This document shows positions 19,013 through 27,238 of a stretch of 35,374 nucleotides of DNA, piece by piece. The DNA comes from a virus. Lineage: Duplodnaviria > Caudoviricetes. Location: IMG/VR virus record IMGVR_UViG_3300036546_000131, positions 1 through 35,374 of that record. One strand, written 5' to 3'. How positions within the stretch are numbered: the stretch's first letter is position 1; every line of letters starts with the position of its first letter. The notes below the pieces were generated by a model. The model worked only from the letters and a program-made list of their open reading frames with translations. It was not told the DNA's origin and did no database searches. A program made the translations under genes and the position numbers.

Positions 19013-19439
19013 TGTGTTTACCTTTTGTGTTTTGTTTTTTCTCTATGCTTATATTATAATCTCTTGTTACTATCTCATCAATGAATGGCATTATGTTTTG
19101 ATATAGATATTGCAATGTATAACTTCTTTGTTCATCACACTTAAATCCGTATTCATTAAAATATTGTGTTACTGCGTGGCTTAATTCGTGTACTATTAGT
19201 GCTTTTAGTGCGTAAATATCTTTATTTTTTTTAACTCCCACCACTATTTGAAAATCTTTTCCTTTCCAAGATGTACACACACCGCCCTCATTAATATATT
19301 CTATTGCTTTTAAATTCTTTTTTACATATTTATGATATGCCTTGTGTCCGTAACAAAATGTTATTTTTGTTCCTGTAAGTTGCATTATTATACTAATTGT
19401 GTTTTTGTGTTGCTTTTCCATAATTCCCCTTTTCATCAA
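19002..19439 (-). CDS. Hypothetical protein with HExxH motif
   Basis: IVHELSHA followed by a downstream E..SY; possible zincin-like fold. Confidence 0.5.
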   Translation of the reverse strand: MMKRGIMEKQHKNTISIIMQLTGTKITFCYGHKAYHKYVKKNLKAIEYINEGGVCTSWKGKDFQIVVGVKKNKDIYALKALIVHELSHAVTQYFNEYGFKCDEQRSYTLQYLYQNIMPFIDEIVTRDYNISIEKKQNTKGKHNGK

Positions 19440-19608
19440 ACCATATGCAATCTTGTTGTGTTACTTTTGCACTTTCTGTGTATATTTTATCATCTTTCAT
19501 TCTTAGCTTACAATACAACACATTATTATGTGTTTTACTGCTTACACATTTTATGCAATCTTTTAGCACTGTGTTGTTTTTATTTGATTTTTTTGTGTTA
19601 GTAGCCAT
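19393..19608 (-). CDS. Small Cys-rich hypothetical protein
   Basis: CxxC plus two further Cys; overlaps its neighbours in the tightly packed operon. Confidence 0.5.
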   Translation of the reverse strand: MATNTKKSNKNNTVLKDCIKCVSSKTHNNVLYCKLRMKDDKIYTESAKVTQQDCIWFDEKGNYGKATQKHN

Positions 19609-19834
19609 TTATATCATCAATATCTGCTTCACCATCTTTTATCATTTGTAAAACTTCTTTTGATGCAATGTGTTTTGTATCATCAAATGATGGATATTTT
19701 CCTTGTAATGCTTTCATTGCCTCTTGTCTTAATTCAAGTGGTGCTGAACTCAATTTAAAGCTATTCATTAAATAATCATAATCACTTTTTGTTTCTACTT
19801 CGTTTATTTTTTTTATTATGTGTTCGTTTAACAT
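19598..19834 (-). CDS. Hypothetical protein
   Basis: ORF with RBS and phage-like codon usage. Confidence 0.6.
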   Translation of the reverse strand: MLNEHIIKKINEVETKSDYDYLMNSFKLSSAPLELRQEAMKALQGKYPSFDDTKHIASKEVLQMIKDGEADIDDINGY

Positions 19835-19947
19835 TTAATTCCCTTAACTCTTTTTGTGTACTTCTTTCAACTTTTACTTTTCTATTATCAAATACAAAGC
19901 CATAAAGTGTGCATTCAACATATTTATCAAGTGCTTTGTTTACAATT

Positions 19948-20481
19948 TTAATTGCCATAATTCAAAACCTCTTGATAAAACAAACTTGCTACTTCCATAC
20001 TATCTTTTATTACTTCCATTTGCTCTGTATCTTTTAATCCAAGTGTAAAATATTCATCATAAAGTGTGTTTAATTGATTGTAGCTAATTGGTAGTATATA
20101 GATTTTATTTTTAAAATTTTCTTTGTATTCCATAAGTAGTGTTAGAACAAACACAAGATAATTAAATCCTTTTTCATATCCTGTGTTAATCATTGCTTTA
20201 TTTGCTTTATCAAGCGTTTTATTTTGCAGGTTGATGTTTACCTTGCTTAAAATAAACATCAATTGCTTTCCAAGTTTTATTGCACCTTGTATATCTTCAA
20301 AATCTTTTTCTGCATCTTTAACAAATGTGTTGTTTTTTATAACTCCTGCTTGCTCCAAGAATAGTGTTATATAAAACATTGAACATTGAATAATCATTAA
20401 TTCTTTTTCTTGATTTTTACTGCTTTTCTTTCTCTTGCTCATCATTTGCCTTTTTAAAAATTGCATCAAATTCATCTTCAT
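19948..20481 (-). CDS. Hypothetical protein (true start may be a downstream Met)
   Basis: ORF in the packed minus-strand operon. Confidence 0.6.
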   Translation of the reverse strand: MKMNLMQFLKRQMMSKRKKSSKNQEKELMIIQCSMFYITLFLEQAGVIKNNTFVKDAEKDFEDIQGAIKLGKQLMFILSKVNINLQNKTLDKANKAMINTGYEKGFNYLVFVLTLLMEYKENFKNKIYILPISYNQLNTLYDEYFTLGLKDTEQMEVIKDSMEVASLFYQEVLNYGN

Positions 20482-20614
20482 TTAAAACTTCAACTTTCCC
20501 AACATCAAGCCACTCAAAAACAATTTCACATTTGCTTATATCGTGAATTATTACTTTTTGGTTAAATGCGTTTTGTGCAATATCACCTTTTTTAAATCCT
20601 GTTATTGAAGTCAT
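20417..20614 (-). CDS. Hypothetical protein
   Basis: Its start overlaps the stop of the MazG-like gene (TAATG). Confidence 0.6.
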   Translation of the reverse strand: MTSITGFKKGDIAQNAFNQKVIIHDISKCEIVFEWLDVGKVEVLNEDEFDAIFKKANDEQEKEKQ

Positions 20615-20997
20615 TAAAAACTTTTACCGTGTTTATTTGGTCTTGATTTATTGTGATTTGTTTTCCACTCAATTTGTTTTTCAATATCAATATCAAGTTC
20701 ACCGCATAAATCACACAATCTAATAAATACATCTGCAATCTCATCTTCAAATGTATCTTTTTGCTCTAAGCCATAATTGTTTTTTCTCATAGCCTCTAAA
20801 CTTTCACCGCACTCACTCATAATTAATGCTATTTTTTGAGATATAAAAGCACCAAGAATATCTTTTGTGTTTTGCCCTGCATCTTCACCGCTAAATTGTG
20901 CAAGAACTGTTGCTTTATCCATACTATCCCAAAATCCTTTTGCTCTTACATTTTCATTTTGAATTTTACAAAATTCATTTAGCTTTCCATTAAACAT
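20614..20997 (-). CDS. MazG-like NTP pyrophosphohydrolase
   Basis: KIALI.SE.GE.LEA.RK...EDEIADV.IRL.DL...K...N..RP.KHGK motif. Confidence 0.85.
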   Translation of the reverse strand: MFNGKLNEFCKIQNENVRAKGFWDSMDKATVLAQFSGEDAGQNTKDILGAFISQKIALIMSECGESLEAMRKNNYGLEQKDTFEDEIADVFIRLCDLCGELDIDIEKQIEWKTNHNKSRPNKHGKSF

Positions 20998-21059
20998 TTT
21001 ATTTTTCCACCTTTTCTTTATTTCTTTGTCTTTTTTGTCTTTTTGCTCTAAGTTGTGAT

Positions 21060-21233
21060 TTACTCTTTTCCATCTTTTACGCTCTCTTTTAGTTCATCAA
21101 TTTTTGAAGATAAATTTATAATTATATTTATCAACTCTGATTTGCTTCTTGCTTTCAATCTTTTTTTTATTTCGTTTTCTGAAAATGTTTTTTCTTCTTG
21201 CACTTCATTTTCAATACTCTTTTCATTCTGCAT
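21060..21233 (-). CDS. Small hypothetical protein (57 aa)
   Basis: Manual translation MQNEKSIENEVQEE...RKDGKE*; fills a gap in the operon. Confidence 0.5.
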   Translation of the reverse strand: MQNEKSIENEVQEEKTFSENEIKKRLKARSKSELINIIINLSSKIDELKESVKDGKE

Positions 21234-21426
21234 CTTGCACCTCTTTTATCTTTTCTTTCATTGTGTTTTCATCAATACTTAGTTCAAAACTTATTTGTAT
21301 TGGCTCACCTTTTCGTGTTGTGATGCAAAAATTATCATTAAGATAACAAATTGCATCATTCCACCCCTCTTTGTACTCATTGCCCTGCTTGTCGTTTGCA
21401 TCAAGCATTAGTTTTCTAATATCCAT
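21223..21426 (-). CDS. Hypothetical protein
   Basis: Contains the Y..GWNDAI motif common in small phage proteins; translationally coupled. Confidence 0.6.
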   Translation of the reverse strand: MDIRKLMLDANDKQGNEYKEGWNDAICYLNDNFCITTRKGEPIQISFELSIDENTMKEKIKEVQDAE

Positions 21427-21890
21427 TAAAATGGTATTTCATCTTCATCAAACTCTTGTTTATTTGCTTGATGGTTTTGTGCATGGGTATGTTTCTCATA
21501 TACAACTCGTGGTTCTTGTGCAACATATGTATTTGTTAGATTTGATGCTTCATATTTTTTTATTTCATAAATAGTTCCACTATTTTGTGTTGCTTTTGCT
21601 TTGACTGTTGCTTTAACATATCTGTCAATAAACATATTTGTATCAATAACATTTGGCAATTTTAATGCTTTGCTTAATACTTTTAATTTCCAAAGTGCAT
21701 TTTGTGTTAAAACAAATTCATCTATTGCATAATGCCCGTTTCTATCTTGAAAATGCACTTTTATTTGGTCATTATTGTTTGATGTTTTACCTTGTGTTAC
21801 TTTTACAACTTTTAGTGTAAATTCACCCTCTTTTTTTATATATACACGCTCATCTTGCTCTGCATCAACACCTGTTAAATCAATTCTCAT
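21426..21890 (-). CDS. Single-stranded DNA-binding protein (DUF669-like)
   Basis: EG.F.LKV and ALWKL motifs plus the acidic C-terminal SSB tail DEDEIPF. Confidence 0.8.
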   Translation of the reverse strand: MRIDLTGVDAEQDERVYIKKEGEFTLKVVKVTQGKTSNNNDQIKVHFQDRNGHYAIDEFVLTQNALWKLKVLSKALKLPNVIDTNMFIDRYVKATVKAKATQNSGTIYEIKKYEASNLTNTYVAQEPRVVYEKHTHAQNHQANKQEFDEDEIPF

Positions 21891-21892
21891 TT

Positions 21893-22540
21893 TTAAAACT
21901 CCTGCTTTGCTTTGCTTTCAAATTTTCTACCCATAAATACTGCAATAAACTGCGTAAAAACAACACCATTTTCATCTGCTTTATTTCCTACAATTTTTAC
22001 TGTTGCTGTTTCAAGTTCTTGTTTTTCATTAACCATTTGTGGCTTGTAATAAATATCAAACATTGAACAGTCATTATAAGAAATTACAGGATTTAAGTGT
22101 AAATCATCAATAAAGCAATTTTTTTGCGTTAATTCCCATTGTAAATCATCAATACTTTCAAGTGCAAAATGATTTGGCAACTGCATATCTATAATTCTAT
22201 TAATATCAGGATAATGCTCTGCTTTTGCACCTATTTTATTTTTACCGTTTTCATCTTCAATGTAATATCCTGTATCAATGTTTAATTTTACATTGTCTGT
22301 GTGCAGGCAATCATTTTCAAAATGTAAATATTCATCTTTTCCAAGTATCGCTTCAAGTCCTTTAAAAAGTTTTTTATGTATTAATGCTTTTCCTCTAATC
22401 TCTTTAAAATTAAACTGTATTGCTTTTCTTGTGTCTGTTGCATAAATAGCACCGTTCCCAACTAATGCAAAATTTAATTCTTGCTTTGCATCTTTATTTG
22501 CAATAAAAGATGATATTAGTTTTAAATCATTTTTTTTCAT
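21893..22540 (-). CDS. Protein resembling part of the DNA Pol III beta clamp
   Basis: A.KD....LN......IYATD.RK and YPD..RII resemble the beta-clamp motifs (DVR.YLNG...VATDGHRL; FPDY.RV). Confidence 0.5.
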   Translation of the reverse strand: MKKNDLKLISSFIANKDAKQELNFALVGNGAIYATDTRKAIQFNFKEIRGKALIHKKLFKGLEAILGKDEYLHFENDCLHTDNVKLNIDTGYYIEDENGKNKIGAKAEHYPDINRIIDMQLPNHFALESIDDLQWELTQKNCFIDDLHLNPVISYNDCSMFDIYYKPQMVNEKQELETATVKIVGNKADENGVVFTQFIAVFMGRKFESKAKQEF

Positions 22541-22719
22541 TTTGCTTTTCTTCCTTTTTTTCTTTTATTTTAACTATTGTTTTCCCTTTGCTTTTTGATA
22601 CTTGCACAATATCGTTATCAATTGCATATTGAAAAATATCAACCAAATCTTGCGAGCCGAGTATTACCCCCCCCCCGCAAAAATAAATTATCAATTGTTA
22701 ATCTTATCTCTTTTTCCAT
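22527..22719 (-). pseudogene. Small gene interrupted by a poly-G tract (possible phase-variable OFF state)
   Basis: With G10 it reads MEKEIRLTIDNLFLRGGGNTRLARFG* (26 aa). With G9 or G12 the frame stays open (63 aa with G9) and ends overlapping the next gene's start. Confidence 0.6.
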
Positions 22720-22732
22720 ATTATACCCCTTT

Positions 22733-22754
22733 AAAATTCGCTTTCGCTCATTTT
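22733..22754 (-). promoter_or_regulatory. DGR post-VR2 hairpin AAAAT-GA-GC-GAAA-GC-GA-ATTTT
   Basis: Overlaps the stop codon of target 2; same core as the post-VR1 hairpin. Confidence 0.75.
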
Positions 22755-23707
22755 GCAGGTTGCAGGTGGTCACAGGCGAAACGACAACCAACGGCCCAAT
22801 ACGTAGTCCAAACATAATTGTACCAATTCGAGGCACGCGACCCAGCATACACACCATGGCCACGGTGACCGCCCAACACCACCGCTGTATCATCATAATC
22901 TTTGTATTTGTCCGCACTCCAAACCCATTGAACGCCTGTCGCTTGCTCAATTCCAAACTTTGATGTTAAAAAGTCAATATGTTGTATTTTCCCATTGTCT
23001 AAATCTTCCGCACTTACATTTTCTTTTACCCCATCCATTGCGATTTGAAATTCATCTTTTGTTAGCATTCTTTTTCCAAATTCATTTCCTGCATCAACAA
23101 AATCTTTATATTTAAACTCTTCAAAATCGTTTGGCAATTCTCTGCCCTCACTCTCATGTCCTGCAAGAATTGCACCCTTTGCAAATGATGTTCCAACATT
23201 TTTGTAATCTGAATTACACAAATAAATATCAACCCAAATATTTGCTTTTTTAACATATACCATACCATAAGGCTCACAAGTTGGTCTGTGCTTTTCATCC
23301 CAAATTGAATAAGCGTTGATACCTGCAATTTTTGATGCGTGTTTTTTGTCAATGTTGTTTTGTGCAATAAAATTTTCACTAATTAAACCATAATGAAAAC
23401 CACCAATTTTTTTTGCATTTTTAACATTCTTATTGTCACTAATTACATATGTTCCATTTTGCTCATACACACAATAATCTGTTCCTGCAACTTTGCTTAC
23501 TGATTTATCATCTGGCGATAATTTTACACCGTTTATCTCAACTGTTACTGCATCAACTTTTTTAATTAAAGTTTTTGATTTTTTAGTACCAATACTTTTT
23601 GATTGTTTTTTCTCACCAATAAGAAGTGTTTTTGCAATATATGCAACATCTTCTTTTGCTCCACTAAATCTTACATCTACATTGTTTATTTTTGCTGTCA
23701 ATTTCAT
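22748..23707 (-). CDS. Second Mtd-like C-type-lectin-fold protein, remote DGR target 2
   Basis: Paralogous to target 1 (GTDY.VY, IGGFHYGL, GIN.YS.WD, DIYLC, LTSK.GIEQA.G.QW.W, GSRAS.W...GCRFACDHLQ) and carries a TR-derived variable region. Confidence 0.92.
   Translation of the reverse strand: MKLTAKINNVDVRFSGAKEDVAYIAKTLLIGEKKQSKSIGTKKSKTLIKKVDAVTVEINGVKLSPDDKSVSKVAGTDYCVYEQNGTYVISDNKNVKNAKKIGGFHYGLISENFIAQNNIDKKHASKIAGINAYSIWDEKHRPTCEPYGMVYVKKANIWVDIYLCNSDYKNVGTSFAKGAILAGHESEGRELPNDFEEFKYKDFVDAGNEFGKRMLTKDEFQIAMDGVKENVSAEDLDNGKIQHIDFLTSKFGIEQATGVQWVWSADKYKDYDDTAVVLGGHRGHGVYAGSRASNWYNYVWTTYWAVGCRFACDHLQPAK
22770..22894 (-). repeat. DGR variable region VR2
   Basis: Ungapped 125-nt match to TR 34641-34765 with 14 mismatches, all at TR adenines. 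Confidence 0.95.
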
Positions 23708-23725
23708 TTATGTATCCTCACTTTT

Positions 23726-24235
23726 TTATTTTTGTATTCTTATTGTCGCAGGTTTTGTTGTTTCTGTTTCAACTGTATCAATTCTTGTTTTTACACCTTG
23801 TTGCTCTAACATTTCAATCAAATCATCTTTTGATAATGTGTCAACATCAACATATTTTCTTTTAACCATAATTTGTTTTTTGCTAATAACCCCCTTAGTT
23901 GTTTTTTCATTTTGTAAAGTAATACTTTTAATATCTTTACCATCAAATCTTTTCACATTATTATCTAACATCCATTGTGTTAAAAAGCCTCTTAACCTCA
24001 CATCTGCATCTTTCAATGGTCTTGCATATGTGTCAACTACTCTTTTTATATCTTTTCCTGCTTCAAGTTTTTGTGCAATTGTTTTTTCAACTTCACCAAA
24101 CATATCTGCAACATTATCTGTTGCCTCAATCATTGCCTTAAAATCATCATAATTTTCAATGTTTACATATGCACCAACTTTTGATTGTCTTGCAATTTCC
24201 AAAACATCTTTTGGATTAAATTCATTTTTTGCCAT
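23726..24235 (-). CDS. Hypothetical early protein
   Basis: ORF in the early operon; loosely reminiscent of Gp157/Gam-type coiled-coil proteins, but unconfirmed. Confidence 0.55.
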   Translation of the reverse strand: MAKNEFNPKDVLEIARQSKVGAYVNIENYDDFKAMIEATDNVADMFGEVEKTIAQKLEAGKDIKRVVDTYARPLKDADVRLRGFLTQWMLDNNVKRFDGKDIKSITLQNEKTTKGVISKKQIMVKRKYVDVDTLSKDDLIEMLEQQGVKTRIDTVETETTKPATIRIQK

Positions 24236-24236
24236 T

Positions 24237-24533
24237 TTACTTTACCTCTACAATTGAAATTTCATATCTTGTGTTTTCTTTTAGCATTCCATCTAAACCA
24301 TTTAACACACCCATTCTATCGCCTGCAACTTTTGTTTCTTTAAAAGATGCTTTTTCAACAATTTCTTTTATTTTTTCAAAAATTGCAAGCTTATCAAGTT
24401 TACAATCTTTTTTTCTACTTACATAAACACTTTCCCTGTGTTTTCCTGTTATGTTTGCAACCTCATCTGCATCAATAACATATTTATCATTTTTATCTTT
24501 TATTGATAAAAGCTGTTTTATTTCTTCTAACAT
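24237..24533 (-). CDS. Hypothetical protein, possible HTH (DADEVANITGKHRESVY)
   Basis: First gene after the promoter at 24567; AAGGAG RBS. Confidence 0.55.
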   Translation of the reverse strand: MLEEIKQLLSIKDKNDKYVIDADEVANITGKHRESVYVSRKKDCKLDKLAIFEKIKEIVEKASFKETKVAGDRMGVLNGLDGMLKENTRYEISIVEVK

Positions 24534-24566
24534 CTGTTTTTGCTCCTTTTATGTTTTTATTTAAGT

Positions 24567-24595
24567 ATTGTATCAAATTTATTTTAATGTGTCAA
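24567..24595 (-). promoter_or_regulatory. Sigma70 early promoter TTGACA-17-TACAAT with TGn extension
   Basis: Near-consensus boxes and spacing; the A-rich upstream element is shared with the two repeat cassettes. Confidence 0.85.
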
Positions 24596-25053
24596 GTGTT
24601 TTTTTGGATTTTATTTAATTCTTTATATTCTTTCAAAAATTCATTTGCACAATCTTCAAAATACTCAATTATATCTTCAACCATCAACTTGTGTTTTTTA
24701 ATATAATCATCTTTTGTGTTGCTGTGATATGCCAAATCACCCCAACTATGTACAAATCCCATAAGTGGCACAGCTAAATAATCATTTCTTCCTTTGTTCC
24801 TGCTATAAATGTGATGTATGTGTAAATCATAAGCACCCGCACCTCTTTTTGCTTTTTGTCCTGTTACAACACAGGCTTTTTGTGATAACCATTTTAAATA
24901 ATCCTCATCAATCAAATCTGTTTTCTTTATTTTTGGCTTTGTGTTTTTCCCTTTATTGTTCCAAGGATATTTTTTCTTTCCAAATGTGCTTTCTTTTTTT
25001 TGCTTAATTCTGTTTTTATTAAGCTGTTTTTCTTTTGTGTATGGCTCAATCAT
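24592..25053 (-). CDS. DUF968/HNH-like nuclease-fold protein
   Basis: YL.WL...ACVV.G...H.HH...D....PL...H motif. Confidence 0.6.
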   Translation of the reverse strand: MIEPYTKEKQLNKNRIKQKKESTFGKKKYPWNNKGKNTKPKIKKTDLIDEDYLKWLSQKACVVTGQKAKRGAGAYDLHIHHIYSRNKGRNDYLAVPLMGFVHSWGDLAYHSNTKDDYIKKHKLMVEDIIEYFEDCANEFLKEYKELNKIQKNT

Positions 25054-25059
25054 TTTTTT

Positions 25060-25239
25060 CTACCTTATAAATAAATACTCAATTAAAATTGCAATTATTG
25101 TTGGCAAAAAAAGTACAATCCAAAATCCATCAAACGAAATTCTATTTTTTAATATCTCTTTCCTATTGTCAAAAATAACAAACAATAAAAAGCAAAACCA
25201 TATCAAGCCAAAGTATAAACTATAAGTTAAATTTTCCAT
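25060..25239 (-). CDS. Small two-TM membrane protein (59 aa)
   Basis: Manual translation MENLTYSLYFGLIWFCFLLFVIFD...FWIVLFLPTIIAILIEYLFIR*; fills the gap exactly. Confidence 0.55.
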   Translation of the reverse strand: MENLTYSLYFGLIWFCFLLFVIFDNRKEILKNRISFDGFWIVLFLPTIIAILIEYLFIR

Positions 25240-25241
25240 AA

Positions 25242-25523
25242 TTAAAACCTTTCATTTTCTTTATATATTTTTATTGCATTTGCTTCATACACATTAACAC
25301 ATTTTTGTGTAATATCATCAACACAACTTTTTAAAATATCGTGTTGTGTTTTCCAATGTTGTGCATTTTCCTTATACATCATTTTGTGTTGTTTTAACTC
25401 TTTGTTTCTTTGCACAAGTTTTGTATTTGATTTGCTCAACTCATTTATCATTGTTTCTTGTTGCTGTATTATTTCAAGATATTTCACTATCAAATTATGA
25501 TTGTGTTGCATCTTCACCCTCAC
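25242..25523 (-). CDS. Coiled-coil hypothetical protein
   Basis: ORF in the packed operon. Confidence 0.55.
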   Translation of the reverse strand: MRVKMQHNHNLIVKYLEIIQQQETMINELSKSNTKLVQRNKELKQHKMMYKENAQHWKTQHDILKSCVDDITQKCVNVYEANAIKIYKENERF

Positions 25524-26004
25524 TTTTTATTTGTACCAAATCAAGTTCTGCAAGTTCATCTTGTTGTGCTGTGCTTGCAACAAGTTCACCATCTGTGTAA
25601 ATATCTGCATTAAATCCAAGCCTTGATAATGCTTTTGTTATGGTATCAGTTTCAAGTGCTTTTCTGTATGTGTAATTTACTTTTAGCTTTTTATCTTCTT
25701 GTGAAACAATTGGTGTGCTGTTTGATATTTCAAATTCAATTTTTACATCGTTGTGTGTGTAAAAAAATATTGCTTCAAGTTCACCAAGAATTAATGTGTT
25801 AAAAATTCTTTTTTCGCTGTGCTTAATATCTTTTAATCCCCAATTTTTTCCATATACACCAAACAACTCTGTTGCTTTTTTAATTCTGTTTATTGATGCA
25901 ACCGTGTTTAATTGCTTTCCATCGCCTGCATCAACTTTTTCAATTAACTCTTTTGGTGTTTTTTCTACTTGCTCCCAAAGTTTTAAATTTGTGTTATTGC
26001 TCAT
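25495..26004 (-). CDS. Single-strand annealing protein (Rad52/Sak-like)
   Basis: ATE.FG..G..WG and K...TD.ITKALS.LGF.ADIY motifs; RecE-like nuclease and SSB genes are nearby. Confidence 0.6.
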   Translation of the reverse strand: MSNNTNLKLWEQVEKTPKELIEKVDAGDGKQLNTVASINRIKKATELFGVYGKNWGLKDIKHSEKRIFNTLILGELEAIFFYTHNDVKIEFEISNSTPIVSQEDKKLKVNYTYRKALETDTITKALSRLGFNADIYTDGELVASTAQQDELAELDLVQIKSEGEDATQS

Positions 26005-26320
26005 TTTGCACCTCTTGTTTTTTCTTTAACTCTTTTAACCACTCTTGCAAATCTTCATCATCTTTTATATCTTCATCTTTATCTGCCACTTTAATCAATT
26101 CATCAATATACTCATCAATATCAACTTCAACACTCACATCTTCACCTGTTAAATGGCAATACATTAAAATACATTGCTCCCCTGTTTCACCATCAATAAA
26201 TAAATCATAAAGCTTTTCGCAAACCTCATCTTTATCATCATCTGTAATTTCATAATTAATTACTGCCATGCCTCTGTTGCCATCTGCATCATCACCATAT
26301 ATTTCTTTGTAACATAACAT
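25994..26320 (-). CDS. Highly acidic hypothetical protein
   Basis: Very D/E-rich 108-aa ORF. Confidence 0.6.
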   Translation of the reverse strand: MLCYKEIYGDDADGNRGMAVINYEITDDDKDEVCEKLYDLFIDGETGEQCILMYCHLTGEDVSVEVDIDEYIDELIKVADKDEDIKDDEDLQEWLKELKKKQEVQNEQ

Positions 26321-26321
26321 C

Positions 26322-26564
26322 TTAAAGCCTTTTTTCTTTTACAGGGTAAACGTAATCACCCTCTTTTCTATCAACATAAACTGTACCAAATACTTGCCCA
26401 CCATCTTTTTCAATTTTTTCAATTATTGATTTTATTCTCATATGGTTTTTATTAAGAGTTTTTAAAAAATCAATTGCACTCTTTTTTGTTGAACTTCTTA
26501 AAAGTACAATATCGTTAAATGTTACTTCATAAACTTTTTTCATCTCTAAAATCTCCCCATACAA
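26322..26564 (-). CDS. Hypothetical protein
   Basis: ORF in the early operon. Confidence 0.55.
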   Translation of the reverse strand: MYGEILEMKKVYEVTFNDIVLLRSSTKKSAIDFLKTLNKNHMRIKSIIEKIEKDGGQVFGTVYVDRKEGDYVYPVKEKRL

Positions 26565-26827
26565 TCAAGGTTTAATGCTCTATTTCCTTTATTTAATTTT
26601 TCTTTTTCAAAAGTCCAATTTCCGCCCCAAAGTATATTTCTAGCATCACCTATGTTTCCAAATGGTGTTTCGTGTATTGAAACGATACTTGCTTTGTTAT
26701 CCTCAACCAATCTGTTGTGTTCAACATAAAATTGTGCCTCTTTTATTGCCTGCTCATCATTTTCTGCATACACATATAAATCAATCGTTACTGTGTATCT
26801 TTTTTCTTTTTTCATTTTACACCTCAC
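26546..26827 (-). CDS. Hypothetical protein
   Basis: Y.V.I...V.AE..E.A motif typical of small phage proteins; the start is probably MKKEKR. Confidence 0.55.
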   Translation of the reverse strand: MRCKMKKEKRYTVTIDLYVYAENDEQAIKEAQFYVEHNRLVEDNKASIVSIHETPFGNIGDARNILWGGNWTFEKEKLNKGNRALNLDCMGRF

Positions 26828-27098
26828 CTTTTGATATTTTAAACATCAAATCATAATCTTTTGCTTTTACATTATGCTTTACAAGCTTTTCAAGAAGTTC
26901 TTTTGATGCTCCACATCTTTGCGTTATTAAATTTCCGTTCACCAAATAATCAAATTGCTCATCACTAACTTTTACAATCATAGCATTTTCAATTTCAAAA
27001 ATTTTTGGATTGTTTCTTTGAAATATTTGTTGTCTATGACTTGAACTATCAAATGGATTTTCATATTCCATAATTCCATCAAACTGTGTAAACTTCAT
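26817..27098 (-). CDS. Hypothetical protein
   Basis: First gene after the promoter cassette; GAGGT RBS. Confidence 0.6.
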   Translation of the reverse strand: MKFTQFDGIMEYENPFDSSSHRQQIFQRNNPKIFEIENAMIVKVSDEQFDYLVNGNLITQRCGASKELLEKLVKHNVKAKDYDLMFKISKGEV

Positions 27099-27129
27099 TT
27101 TAATACCTCTTTTGTTTTGATATACTGAA

Positions 27130-27158
27130 ATATTACCAAGTTTTTTTTATTTTGTCAA
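27130..27158 (-). promoter_or_regulatory. Sigma70 early promoter TTGACA-17-TAATAT with TGn extension
   Basis: Perfect -35 box, 17-nt spacer and A-tract UP element. Confidence 0.8.
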
Positions 27159-27216
27159 GTGTTTTTTTTGATTTTATATATTTTTTTGTAGATTTTTATT
27201 AAAAAGTTGTGTAAAT

Positions 27217-27236
27217 CCTGCACCAATTGGTGCAGG
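27217..27236 (-). terminator. Stem-loop CCTGCACCAATTGGTGCAGG, likely intrinsic terminator
   Basis: GC-rich perfect palindrome just after a stop codon, followed on the minus strand by ATTTACACAACTTTTT. Confidence 0.65.
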
Positions 27237-27238
27237 TG

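Larger units (their letters stand above)
27121..27237. repeat. Direct repeat copy A: terminator + promoter cassette
   Basis: 117 bp with 2 mismatches relative to 30541-30657. Confidence 0.95.

Noticed and set aside
22720-22726. TATAAT as a promoter after target 2
   Set aside because: It lies between the RBS (AAGGGG) and the ATG, so it is spacer sequence.
22639-22956. 105-aa minus-strand ORF overlapping VR2
   Set aside because: It is an alternative frame kept open by the GC-rich VR. Only its 3' end (from ATG 22719) has an RBS and belongs to the poly-G gene.
22577-24152. Plus-strand ORFs here and throughout the window (e.g. 23493..24152)
   Set aside because: They are antisense shadows of minus-strand genes, F/S/L/C-rich, with no recognisable motifs.
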